From Kiritimatiellia bacterium (GTDB lineage: Bacteria; Verrucomicrobiota; Kiritimatiellia; RFP12; UBA1067): DNA of 64,000 bases. Where the stretch lies: NCBI GenBank assembly GCA_045535455.1, contig JAZSLQ010000125.1:1894-65893 (forward strand), given 5' to 3'. Positions 8,685 through 18,486 of the stretch are shown one piece after another. Below the pieces are notes generated by a model. That model ran no database searches, had not been told where the DNA came from, and saw only the letters and a program-made list of their open reading frames with translations. The position numbers and the translations under genes are program-made. The stretch's first letter is position 1; each line of letters starts with the position of its first letter.

Positions 8685-10346
8685 ATGAACGACGACAAAT
8701 ATACTGAAAAAGGATTCCTCCGTCGGCTTTTTGAGATGTTTCAAGGCCTCAGGATGCCTCGGGACACGCGCGAATACAAACTTGCGCGAATCGAGCTCCA
8801 GCGCCTCTCGGCGCCTCTTACGGCGATTGTCGTGCCGACTTTGTTCGTCATAGTGCTTTGTGTTGTGACGGCTATTTCGTCGCAAAAGACAGAATTGCCG
8901 CCCGTGCACATTGCAGATCCGATTGTGGATGATCCGCCACCCGTGGATCCGCCGGAGCCGACGCCTGAAGATCCTCCTACTCCGGAGCCGGTAGTTGAGT
9001 TTACCGTAGACGTTCCGACTCCTGCGCCTTTTACGCCGTTGCCGCCTACGCCTATCAATACATCTTCGACGGATCTCTCCGTGAAGCCCGCTTCTATTGA
9101 TGCCGTGATGAACATCAAATCTCCCGTGATGATGAAAACTATAAAGGTGAGCCGCACTCCGGGCACAATCGGCAGGGTGACAGGCGGCGGCGACAAGGGC
9201 GGTGGCGATCCGCGTACTGAGGCGACGGTGATGAAGGTTCTCTGGTGGCTCAAGGCGCACCAGAACACCGACGGCAGCTGGGGCAATGCAAACAAGGTTG
9301 CGAACACCGCCCTTGCCGTGCTTACCTACTTGGCTCACGGCGAATATCCGGGAAACCCTCTTTCGCCATACACGCGTGACTTCGGCCCGACTGTGCAATC
9401 TGCGCTTGACTATCTCATCGGCAGCATCTACGTCGGCAAAGACAACCTTCCTCACTTCCAGGGGACGGACGGCAACGAGTACAGCTTCCTCATCGGCACC
9501 TACGCGCTCTGTGAGGCGTTCGCCATGACGAAGAACCCCAACTGCAAGGAGGCGGCGACGACGTGCCTCTATCGCATCATCGAAAACCAGTCCTCGACGG
9601 GCGGCTGGGACTACAAGCTCAACAAGAACTCGACGCGTGACGACCTCTCCTTCGCGGGCTGGGCGATCCAGGCGCTCAAGGCAGGCAAGATGGCCGGGCT
9701 TCACCACGAGGGGATGCAGACTGCGATCAACAAGGCGGTGAACTGCCTTAAAAAGCGCGGCTACTCCAAGTCCGGCGGCTTCACATACACGCCGACGGCG
9801 AACAACAACGGCGGAAACACCGGTCTTGCCGGTGTCGGCACGCTTGCATTGCAGTTCCTTGGCCGCGGCACCGAAGCGGAGGCGCTGAACGCGCTCGACG
9901 TGATGCGTGACTGGATGCCAGCGTTCGAGTCGGAAAAACTTTCCGCAAAGAGGCCCGGCGGCAGCCCGCAGTACTACTGCTACTATGCGACGCAGTGCAA
10001 GTACCAGGCGGGCATGAAGCCAGGCGCGACGAAGCAAGATGTCGATTCGTGGGTGAAATGGAACCTCGAGATGAGAAAGCTCTACCCGGCCTCGATCATC
10101 GACCTCCCCGAAAAGGTTGCGGACGTCAAAGGGAAGGAGCATGCGCAGGGCTATTACCAGAACACCGACGCGCATTCGTCACGTCCCTACATGGACACGT
10201 GCCTCGCGGCGCTCCAGCTGATGGTATATTACCGCTATCTCCCGACGACGTCCACGAAGGCGGGCGAGAGCGACGCGGGCGAAAGCGCCGACATTAATGG
10301 CTTCGATAGCTCCAAGGACGTTCAGGTCGTCGTCTCCAATTTGTAA
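8685..10346 (+). CDS. membrane-anchored prenyltransferase/squalene-oxidase-repeat (alpha/alpha toroid) protein
   Basis: A TM segment (LTAIVVPTLFVIVLCVV) and a Pro-rich linker precede KVLWWLKAHQNTDGSWG. Further QxxDGxW-type toroid repeats follow. Confidence 0.65.
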   Translation: MNDDKYTEKGFLRRLFEMFQGLRMPRDTREYKLARIELQRLSAPLTAIVVPTLFVIVLCVVTAISSQKTELPPVHIADPIVDDPPPVDPPEPTPEDPPTPEPVVEFTVDVPTPAPFTPLPPTPINTSSTDLSVKPASIDAVMNIKSPVMMKTIKVSRTPGTIGRVTGGGDKGGGDPRTEATVMKVLWWLKAHQNTDGSWGNANKVANTALAVLTYLAHGEYPGNPLSPYTRDFGPTVQSALDYLIGSIYVGKDNLPHFQGTDGNEYSFLIGTYALCEAFAMTKNPNCKEAATTCLYRIIENQSSTGGWDYKLNKNSTRDDLSFAGWAIQALKAGKMAGLHHEGMQTAINKAVNCLKKRGYSKSGGFTYTPTANNNGGNTGLAGVGTLALQFLGRGTEAEALNALDVMRDWMPAFESEKLSAKRPGGSPQYYCYYATQCKYQAGMKPGATKQDVDSWVKWNLEMRKLYPASIIDLPEKVADVKGKEHAQGYYQNTDAHSSRPYMDTCLAALQLMVYYRYLPTTSTKAGESDAGESADINGFDSSKDVQVVVSNL

Positions 10347-10349
10347 AAA

Positions 10350-10358
10350 TGGTATAAT
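10350..10358 (+). promoter_or_regulatory. extended -10 promoter TGGTATAAT
   Basis: Located 8 nt upstream of the ATG at 10366, so the transcript is near-leaderless. Confidence 0.4.
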
Positions 10359-10365
10359 TAGGGCG

Positions 10366-11190
10366 ATGGGCGATGAGTTCACATGGAACGACCGCTACGC
10401 TGGTGACGAGGCCTGGACCGAATGGTTTGAAATCTGTTCGGTCGACCTCTGTCGTCCAGAGTTTGCCGCTCGGCTGCGCGAGCAGGTTTCCTCCGCCATG
10501 TACTCGCGGCTCGCCCGCGCCGGAATCTCGCGCGAAGACGCGGGAGGGGAAGATCCGGTCGCCTTCTTTGATTCGTATTTCAAGCTCAAGGGTTCGCGCG
10601 AGAAAAAGAAACCGCTCAAGTCCTATTTTGCGCACCGCATCAAGGACGAGGGGCTTAAGATGGTCGACTTCGTCTGCGGCACTTTTTTCGGTTCCGGCTC
10701 GGGCCGCGTCCGCGACATCGCCCTCGACTGGATATCCGTCCTCAAGGGCTGGAAGCCGCGCACTGTCGCAGGAGAGGACGGCCGCCGCCATCTCGTCTGG
10801 GAGAACGCAGGCGACGCGAACCTCGCAGCCGTCGAGCAGTCGGAAGAGCCGCAGTCGCTCGATTTCCTCGACGAAGAGCCGCTTCGCTATGACGCAGAGC
10901 GCGTCATCGCCGCAGTCGCGCAGCGCACTCGTCTCGCGCAAGACGCCGCGTCGCTTCTCCTCTATGCCACTTCTCACGACATCTCGCTCACCGAGCCCTG
11001 CATACTCGCCGCGCTTGGCGCGGGAAAGTCTCAGGCCTACGCCTTGCGGGAGAAGGTCATCGCGGCGCTTGAGCGGGAGCTTCGCGAAGTCGAGCTTGCG
11101 GACACGCCTCTTTTCGCGCGCGTCCTCGTCGCTGCTGTCGCGGCGCATTTGCCGCGCGACCTTCAAAAAGAACTGGGGGTGGAAGAATGA
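10366..11190 (+). CDS. hypothetical cytoplasmic protein, a possible divergent sigma-70 family factor (C-terminal region-4-like HTH)
   Basis: The C-terminal LLLYATSHDISLTEPCILAALGAGKSQAYALREKVIAALEREL resembles sigma region 4. There is no strong match to region 2. Confidence 0.3.
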   Translation: MGDEFTWNDRYAGDEAWTEWFEICSVDLCRPEFAARLREQVSSAMYSRLARAGISREDAGGEDPVAFFDSYFKLKGSREKKKPLKSYFAHRIKDEGLKMVDFVCGTFFGSGSGRVRDIALDWISVLKGWKPRTVAGEDGRRHLVWENAGDANLAAVEQSEEPQSLDFLDEEPLRYDAERVIAAVAQRTRLAQDAASLLLYATSHDISLTEPCILAALGAGKSQAYALREKVIAALERELREVELADTPLFARVLVAAVAAHLPRDLQKELGVEE

Positions 11191-12443
11191 ACGCCGCGTT
11201 TCTCAATGAGTGGCAGCTCTATCGGCGCGGCGCACAGCTTCCGCCAATCGTCGGGCTCGAGCCGAAGACCGATTCGGAGTTCGACGCCGATGTAGCCGTC
11301 GGGGAGATAAGGATATTCGCCGACACGAACCGCCCGCTTGTCGCGCTCGTCGTCGAAGACCGCCGTCTTTCTGGATGGCGCATTGTTCCCGTCTCACCGT
11401 TTTGCGCGCCCGCTTCCACTCGTGAGTTGATGGTGGGCGAGCGCGTCTTCCAGCTTTGGAACGCGACTGTCGTCTCGCGTCGCTTTGCGTCGCGCAGCTG
11501 GAGAGTTGATGCGATTTCCGATTCCGACCTTGCTGATATCCGCGGCGCAATTGCCGCGGCGAATCCTGGGCGCATCACTGCAGGCGACGGCGTGCAGGCG
11601 AAGTACGAGCGCGAGTTTCTCGTCGGAGAGGGAACGCTCGTGCCGTTTGCAGCGCCTCGCGCGGCGGATTTGCCGCGCTTTGCGTGGATGCAAGTCTCGT
11701 TCAAGATCGCGGCGTCGCTCGCGGTGTGTCTTTCGGCGTGGTATGTCCTGATGATGGACTCAGGCCGACAGATCGTCCGCAACTGGCGCGAGGGCTTCCA
11801 TGCCGTCGACATCGCGCAGGAAGACGCGGCCATCGAACTTGTCGACGCGCGCGAGGTGCGCGAGGCGCCGACGGAGATCGCGGAAGTAAATATAGACTTT
11901 ACGCCGCCCTCGGTAACATGGCACGGTCCTGCGCCAGAAGTCTTCCGCCTCGCGAAATTCGCGGACGTGAAGGGACCGAAGGTGCCGGAGAGTATCAAGA
12001 AGTTCACGCTCGACCGCGACAGGTTCGTTTCACCGATTTCCGCTCCGATGGATGTCGTGTTCCTGTCGGGTGGCGAAGGGAAGTCTCGCGCCTCTGCGCA
12101 GAGCGGTGAGCTCCGATATGCGGCTGCAATCGCGCCGCTCGCGGGGCCTCCGAAGGTGACGTGCCGGCTTGTGGACGACACGCGGAGCGGGCTCTGCGTC
12201 GACAAGATACTGCGGATTGAAGGAGAGGTCGCGGAAGGAGCGAAGATCACAGTGATGTTCGACGACGATGTCATCGAGGGATATGGCAGACTGTCCAGCA
12301 TTGCCTCCAACTGCAAGGTCTGGATCGATTACGAACTTATGGCATTCTCCGGCAAGACGATTTCCCCCGAGGATGTTTTCGTCACGCTCATCTGGCCAGC
12401 GAAGGATGGCGACGAGCGCACGCCCGTTCCAGTCGGCGAGTGA
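11187..12443 (+). CDS. hypothetical single-pass membrane protein with an anti-sigma-like topology
   Basis: Overlaps the upstream gene by 4 nt. A central TM helix (FKIAASLAVCLSAWYVLMM) separates domains of roughly 170 aa and 230 aa. Confidence 0.35.
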   Translation: MNAAFLNEWQLYRRGAQLPPIVGLEPKTDSEFDADVAVGEIRIFADTNRPLVALVVEDRRLSGWRIVPVSPFCAPASTRELMVGERVFQLWNATVVSRRFASRSWRVDAISDSDLADIRGAIAAANPGRITAGDGVQAKYEREFLVGEGTLVPFAAPRAADLPRFAWMQVSFKIAASLAVCLSAWYVLMMDSGRQIVRNWREGFHAVDIAQEDAAIELVDAREVREAPTEIAEVNIDFTPPSVTWHGPAPEVFRLAKFADVKGPKVPESIKKFTLDRDRFVSPISAPMDVVFLSGGEGKSRASAQSGELRYAAAIAPLAGPPKVTCRLVDDTRSGLCVDKILRIEGEVAEGAKITVMFDDDVIEGYGRLSSIASNCKVWIDYELMAFSGKTISPEDVFVTLIWPAKDGDERTPVPVGE

Positions 12444-12464
12444 AAATTATTGTCCGTTTGCCAT

Positions 12465-12493
12465 TGACGCGGCGACGGCAAAATTGATAGAAT
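12465..12493 (+). promoter_or_regulatory. sigma-70 promoter TTGACG-17-TAGAAT
   Basis: -35 at 12465-12470, -10 at 12488-12493. Drives a 5'UTR of about 65 nt for the RRM gene. Confidence 0.55.
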
Positions 12494-12562
12494 TTGCGGT
12501 GTCGAAGCGGCGAGGGCGCGTGCTTTCCCGGCGAGACGGAACACAAGAAGGAAAGAATCAAG

Positions 12563-12940
12563 ATGGAAATCTATGTTGGTAACCTCGCATACGCGACCAC
12601 CGACGATGGACTCAAGGCGGCGTTCGCGCAATTCGGCGAAGTTACCGCCGTTCGTGTCGTGACCGATCGCATGACCGGTCGCAGCAAGGGATTCGGCTTC
12701 GTCACGATGCCCGACGCCACCCAGGCGCAGGCCGCGATCGACGCCCTCAACGGACACGAACTCGACGGACGCACGGTCCGCGTCAATGAGTCGCAGCCCA
12801 AGCCTCGCGAAGAGCGTCGTGGCGGCTTCGGCGGCGGGCGCGGCGGTTATGGCGGGCGCGGCGGCTATGGTGATCGTGGCGGCTACGGCGACCGTGGCGG
12901 CTATGGCGATCGCGGCCCTCGTCGCGAGACTCGCTGGTAA
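12563..12940 (+). CDS. RRM-type RNA-binding protein with a Gly-rich (GGYGDRG) C-terminal tail
   Basis: MEIYVGNLAYATTDDGLKAAFAQFGEV...KGFGFVTM contains the RNP2 and RNP1 motifs. Followed by five GGYG(D)RG repeats. Confidence 0.85.
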   Translation: MEIYVGNLAYATTDDGLKAAFAQFGEVTAVRVVTDRMTGRSKGFGFVTMPDATQAQAAIDALNGHELDGRTVRVNESQPKPREERRGGFGGGRGGYGGRGGYGDRGGYGDRGGYGDRGPRRETRW

Positions 12941-12965
12941 TCGATGGTTCGTCGATTAAAACGGG

Positions 12966-12997
12966 AAGCGCGGCCCATTCGCCGCGCTTTTTGTTTT
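12966..12997 (+). terminator. rho-independent terminator
   Basis: AAGCGCGGC ccattc GCCGCGCTT forms a 9-bp stem, followed by TTTTTGTTTT. Confidence 0.7.
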
Positions 12998-13052
12998 CAG
13001 ATCGGTAGGGGCGTGTTTCCAACGCGCCCGCTGTTAAAAGACTAAAAATGCA

Positions 13053-13661
13053 GTGGCAGTTTCGCTTGAGATAGAGGAGTCGGTCGGCGATCCAGTTATG
13101 GGAATCGACGAGGCGGGGCGCGGCCCTCTTGCTGGCGGCGTATATGCCGCAGCCGTGTCTGTTCCACTTGCGCTTGCGGAGCAGCTGCTCGTCGGCGCGT
13201 GGAGTGAGATAAATGACTCGAAGAAGCTGACGGAGAAAAAGCGCGAGCGCCTTGCGGCGGTCATCAAGTCGACGGACGGCTGCAGGTGGGCCATTGCGAG
13301 CGCGAGCCCGAAGGAGATCGACGAGCTAAATATTTTGAACGCAACGCACCTCGCAATGCGAAGGGCGGCGGACGAAGTCGGCGCGGAGCATGTTCTCGTC
13401 GACGGGCTTCCCGTGAAGACGCTGCCGCACGCAGTGAACGTCGTGAAGGGCGACGCCAAGTCTCTCCTCATCGCGGCGGCGTCGATTCTCGCGAAGACGG
13501 CGCGAGACGCCGACTGCCTTCGCCTCGAGGCGCTTTACCCAGGCTACGGCTTTGCAAAGCACAAGGGCTATCCGACGAAGGACCATATAGAAGCGCTTTC
13601 GCGGCTCGGCCCGTGCCCCGAACACCGCAGGAGCTTCGGCCCCGTGGCCAATGTGATTTGA
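13053..13661 (+). CDS. rnhB: ribonuclease HII
   Basis: GIDEAGRGPLAGGV and DSKKLT are RNase HII motifs. Confidence 0.9.
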   Translation: MAVSLEIEESVGDPVMGIDEAGRGPLAGGVYAAAVSVPLALAEQLLVGAWSEINDSKKLTEKKRERLAAVIKSTDGCRWAIASASPKEIDELNILNATHLAMRRAADEVGAEHVLVDGLPVKTLPHAVNVVKGDAKSLLIAAASILAKTARDADCLRLEALYPGYGFAKHKGYPTKDHIEALSRLGPCPEHRRSFGPVANVI

Positions 13662-13667
13662 TATAAT
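13659..13667 (+). promoter_or_regulatory. extended -10 promoter TGATATAAT
   Basis: Located upstream of the thioredoxin-like gene whose ATG is at 13693. Confidence 0.4.
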
Positions 13668-13692
13668 ACCATTCAACACGAAAGGAACATCA

Positions 13693-14514
13693 ATGAAGAA
13701 TACGATTCCGATGCTGTGCGCCGCGCTCTTTGCGCTGGCTGCGTTCGCCAAGACCTCAACGCCCGAAGGATGGTTCGACGACTATGACGCCGCCCTCAAG
13801 AAGGCCGCCGCCGAAAACAAGCACGTCGTCATCGACTTCTCGGGGAGCGACTGGTGCGGATGGTGCAAGCGCCTCGACAAGGAAGTGTTTGCGACCGACG
13901 AGTTCCGCAAGGGCGCCGCGGAGAAATACGTTCTCCTTATGGTTGACTCTCCGAGCGACAAGTCGCTTCTTTCCGAGAAGGCGAAGAAGCAGAATCCGGA
14001 ACTCGTCAAGAAGTTCGGAGTCGAGGGCTTTCCGACTGTCGTAGTGCTAGATTCGAAGGGCGAGGAAGTGATGAGGACCGGCTATCAGGCGGGAGGTCCT
14101 GAGAAGTACCTCAAGATGCTCGACGAGGAGATACGCTTCGCCCCGGAGATAAAGAAGTACATCAAGCCGATCGAAGACGTCTTGAACCGCCACGACGAGC
14201 AGATGAGGAAAGACTCCGACGCGGCGATGGAGAAGGTCAAGGCGAAGTTCCCGAGGCCCGACAAGAAGATGTCGAAGTCCGAACGGCAGAAGTACCAGCA
14301 GGATGCCATGGCCTACGCCCAGAAGATCATGTTCGAGGAAGTGTACCCTAAGTATGTGCCGCTAATTGAGAAGTGCTTTGCCGAGGCGAAGGCGATGAAG
14401 GTTCCTGCGGCCCTGGAAGAGCGCAAGAAGGAACTTATCGAAGGAGAGGAAAAACGGTTCGACATGTTGCGCAAGGCGCTCAAGGAGCACGCAGAGAAGA
14501 AGAGCGAGAAGTAG
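13693..14514 (+). CDS. secreted thioredoxin-fold protein with a CxxC motif
   Basis: A signal peptide is present. DFSGSDWCGWCKRLDKEV carries the WCGWC active site. The C-terminal half is helical and Lys/Glu-rich. Confidence 0.65.
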   Translation: MKNTIPMLCAALFALAAFAKTSTPEGWFDDYDAALKKAAAENKHVVIDFSGSDWCGWCKRLDKEVFATDEFRKGAAEKYVLLMVDSPSDKSLLSEKAKKQNPELVKKFGVEGFPTVVVLDSKGEEVMRTGYQAGGPEKYLKMLDEEIRFAPEIKKYIKPIEDVLNRHDEQMRKDSDAAMEKVKAKFPRPDKKMSKSERQKYQQDAMAYAQKIMFEEVYPKYVPLIEKCFAEAKAMKVPAALEERKKELIEGEEKRFDMLRKALKEHAEKKSEK

Positions 14515-14518
14515 CGCC

Positions 14519-15264
<746 letters not shown>

Positions 15265-15268
<4 letters not shown>

Positions 15269-16203
15269 CGATTGCCGCGCTCGCCTTGTTTGCTGCGCTC
15301 GGTTTCTCCGACTCGAAGACGCTTGCAGTCCAGATTCATCTTGACCGCGCGGGCTTCTCGTGCAGCACGATTGACGGGCAGTGGGGCGTGAAGTCCGAAA
15401 GCGCGCTGAGGGCTTACGAGGCGTCGCGGACGAAAGACACCAAGCCCGCGCTCGCGACCACGCCTGAGCGGGCATACGACCGCTACTTTGCAGACGCGCC
15501 CAATCCATTTCGCATCGTCGAGGTGACGCAAGCCGACATCGATGCGCTCGTCAAGATCCCCGACGATCCTGCAGAACGCGCAAATCTTCCCCGCATGGGC
15601 TATGAGTCGATAAAGGAGATGTTCGCGGAGCGCGGGCATCTCTCGCAGATTGCGCTTTCGAAGATGAACCCGGGCGTCGACTGGGCGAACGTTAAGCCGG
15701 GGCTTAAGCTCGTCATTCCGAGTTTTCCTTCGATAGAGGAGGAACTTGCGGCGGGTGAGAGGGGGAATCCGAACCGTCCGAAGCGCCCCGAGGCCGCGCT
15801 TGTGAAAATATCCATTTCGTCGAGCCAGATCAGGGCGTATGACGACGAAGGGAAGCTCCTTGCGCTTTTCCCGTGCTCAATCGCGGCGGACAAGGCGAAG
15901 GTGCCGCCTCACGGCGAACTGAAGATTACGAGCTATATCGCGTGGCCGAACTTCACCTACACGCCTGACTTTACTCCGCCAGGGAAGAAGGTGCAGCGGC
16001 ACATCTGGCCGGAAGGGGAGAACTGCCCCGTCGGCGTCGCATGGTTGGGGCTCAACCTTCCCGGCTACGGGATTCACGGAACGCCGCGCCCCGAGTCAAT
16101 CGGCTTTACCGGCTCGCACGGATGCTTTCGCCTTGCGAACTGGAACGCCGCGCGGCTCTACGCGATGTGCCGCAGTGGAACGAAGGTGGTGATCGAGCCG
16201 TGA
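15265..16203 (+). CDS. L,D-transpeptidase (YkuD domain) with an N-terminal peptidoglycan-binding-like domain
   Basis: GYGIHGTPRPESIGFTGSHGCFRLANWNAARLY is the catalytic His/Cys motif. Overlaps folP by 4 nt. Confidence 0.85.
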
Positions 16204-16670
16204 ACTTCCTTGCGATAGACTTCGAGACGACGGGCTATGACTTCGGCTGCGACAACGAGCCGTGGCAGCTCGGGTTCGCGCGCGTCGAGGACGGCGCGAT
16301 AGTCGAGACGGGCGAGTGGTTCTTTGATGTCGAAGGAGCGCCAGCGCGCGCACATGAGCCAGATGCTCTCGGCACTTTGCAGAGTTCGTTCGAGACATGG
16401 GCGCCGAAGCTCATGGGCGTGCGGCTTGTCGCGCACAATATCGCGTGCGAACGTACGATCCTTACGCGCGTCGCGCCGCTGACGAAGTGGGGGCCGTGGG
16501 TCGACACGATGAAGCTCGCGAAGGCAAGATACCCGAAGCTTCCGTCGTACAAGCTCGGCGACCTCTGCGAGATGTTCGGCCAAGTGCCGCAGATCGAGGG
16601 CCGCACGTGGCACGACGGGCTCTACGACGCCGTCGCCTGCGCAAATCTCGCGCTCCTCCTGGGCATGTAG
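16200..16670 (+). CDS. DnaQ-like 3'-5' exonuclease (DEDDh)
   Basis: The GTG start overlaps the upstream stop as GTGA. FLAIDFETTG is the Exo I motif. Later blocks ...AHNIACE... and ...HDGLYDA... are less certain. Confidence 0.7.
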   Translation: MNFLAIDFETTGYDFGCDNEPWQLGFARVEDGAIVETGEWFFDVEGAPARAHEPDALGTLQSSFETWAPKLMGVRLVAHNIACERTILTRVAPLTKWGPWVDTMKLAKARYPKLPSYKLGDLCEMFGQVPQIEGRTWHDGLYDAVACANLALLLGM

Positions 16671-16748
16671 CTGAAGGAAAAAATACCCCCTTGCGGTGTG
16701 TGTACACCTTATGGTAAACTATACTCTCATAAGGCATAATAGGCAATC

Positions 16749-17039
16749 ATGGTACGACGTAAGAACAAAAATGGCGAATCACGTCATGGTAAACACGCCA
16801 TAGGCGCTTTTAGAGTCTCGCTCTACCTTTCTGCAGAGGAGAAGGCCATTGCCATTCTAACGGCCGAACGGCAGAAAAGGACTATCTCTGATGTTATAAG
16901 AAATGGAATAGTGAGCGAAGCAACGCGTTCCGGTGTGATGGTTGGGGGACAGATTGCCGGTAGATTCCGCGTTCGTATAGATGCATATAAGAATGTGCTC
17001 ACTGCGGATGCGCAAATCAAAAGGAGTACTGGCCTATGA
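16749..17039 (+). CDS. ribbon-helix-helix protein (CopG/MobC-like) in a low-GC islet
   Basis: FRVSLYLSAEEKAIAILTAERQKRTISDVIRNGI fits the RHH/MobC N-terminal pattern. Local GC is visibly lower than the surroundings. Confidence 0.4.
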   Translation: MVRRKNKNGESRHGKHAIGAFRVSLYLSAEEKAIAILTAERQKRTISDVIRNGIVSEATRSGVMVGGQIAGRFRVRIDAYKNVLTADAQIKRSTGL

Positions 17040-17218
17040 ACAGAGTCGAACAAATCATCGCATTTGTCGATAGGGAATCTCCGGGGGTGCTCGACAGTGT
17101 GGCGGAAGAAGATGGTATATCCAAGGAGGAGATAGTACGCAAGGTACTCGCTCTTTCTAATGGTCGCATGGTGTACACACACCAAGATCGGGATAGAGTC
17201 ACTACCGATGAATCATGA
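17036..17218 (+). CDS. small hypothetical protein (60 aa)
   Basis: Overlaps the RHH gene by 4 nt. No recognisable domain. Confidence 0.3.
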   Translation: MNRVEQIIAFVDRESPGVLDSVAEEDGISKEEIVRKVLALSNGRMVYTHQDRDRVTTDES

Positions 17219-18452
17219 CTTAAGAGTGAAACGGCGCAGGGGTTTTCCGACGGCATTGTTTGCCGCCTTGCTTTTCTCTGCCTGTTTTGGCGCGGAGATT
17301 ACGCAGCCGTCCTTTGGCAGCGACGGCATAGACCGTACTGACCCTAACTTCGTCACGGCGTCGTTACTTTGGATAGGGCCGGGCGAAGAGTTTTTTGGCT
17401 GTGCGGGGCATTCGAGCATCAGATTGGAGTGCCCGAAGTTCAACCTAGACTATTGTTTTTCATGTGAAAGCGAAAGTATTCGTGAAAACTTTGGCCGCTT
17501 TTTAATGGGTGGTCTGAAGACAGGAATGTTTGCAATTCCGACTAAAGAGTTTCTCAAGTTGTATGAAGACTTAGGACGGAGCGCGACGCAATACAAGTTG
17601 AATCTCCCGCCCGATGTGAAACAGCGGCTTTGGGAGATACTTGATAAACAGGTTGAGGATGGGCGTTGCCTGCCATACGACTATATTAAATACTGTTGCG
17701 TTCAGACGATGCTTCAGCCGTTGCTTAAAGCAATTCCACCCTATGAACTTAAGCCAGGTCCTTGGCCCGAAATCTATAAGTTGACGCGCCGTGAAGTGTT
17801 GGCGAATGATCTAGAATGGTGTCCGTGGACAAGATTCTTCCTTCACACGATTGCGGGTACGGAGGTGGATCGTGAGGTGTCTCCGTATAAGACAGTTATC
17901 CTATCCAGGGATTTCGTCAATCTTCTAAGAGATGCGACAATCAACGGGCAGCATATAATAGAAGGTGACGGGGAAGTCCTATTGCCTTTCCAGAAGCCAA
18001 AGAAGACGGCTATAGTAACGCCGGTCATGGCGGCGGCGTGTGTGCTTGTTGTGGCGTGTGTAAACTTGTTGTTGCGGACAAAGTGGATAGATTGGAGTTT
18101 CCTGATTTTCCAGTCGTTGCTTGGACTCTTAATCTCTCATCTTGTGTTAATCTCGCACTTGCCTGCAACTGACTGGAACTGGCTAATCGTGCCGTTCAAC
18201 ATCATTCCGCTTGTATTTTGGAAGTGGCGTCACAAGTGGGCTTTGTGGTTTGCAGGTCTGCTTGTAGCGTGGGATGCATTCATGATTTTCCATCCGCATC
18301 GCCTGACCGATCCTGCATATTTTGTATTGGTCGCCGCATATATCGTATTTTACATCAAGGTCTTTCTTGGCGGCCCCAAAATGTGTCAGGCGGTTTCAAA
18401 ATGGGCAGACAGTTTTTTGCCTAAGGCAGTGCAGTGGCTTAATGAGGAATAA
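17208..18452 (+). CDS. DUF4105-domain (Lnb N-terminal-like) protein with a C-terminal multi-TM region
   Basis: ASLLWIGPGEEFFGCAGHSSIRLECPKFNLDYCF matches the DUF4105 start (LL.cgPGde.ys.fGHsaiRv). At least four TM helices follow in the C-terminal third. Confidence 0.6.
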   Translation: MNHDLRVKRRRGFPTALFAALLFSACFGAEITQPSFGSDGIDRTDPNFVTASLLWIGPGEEFFGCAGHSSIRLECPKFNLDYCFSCESESIRENFGRFLMGGLKTGMFAIPTKEFLKLYEDLGRSATQYKLNLPPDVKQRLWEILDKQVEDGRCLPYDYIKYCCVQTMLQPLLKAIPPYELKPGPWPEIYKLTRREVLANDLEWCPWTRFFLHTIAGTEVDREVSPYKTVILSRDFVNLLRDATINGQHIIEGDGEVLLPFQKPKKTAIVTPVMAAACVLVVACVNLLLRTKWIDWSFLIFQSLLGLLISHLVLISHLPATDWNWLIVPFNIIPLVFWKWRHKWALWFAGLLVAWDAFMIFHPHRLTDPAYFVLVAAYIVFYIKVFLGGPKMCQAVSKWADSFLPKAVQWLNEE

Positions 18453-18486
18453 TCATTGAAACAACATGGGAACACAGGAAAAGAAC

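Noticed and set aside
8514-10175. 553-aa ORF on the minus strand, antisense to the toroid-protein gene
   Set aside because: Arg-rich low-complexity translation with no domain. The + strand gene has conserved toroid repeats.
10373-11209. Alternative-frame 278-aa ORF, Ser/Arg-rich
   Set aside because: Low-complexity shadow of the 10366-11190 gene.
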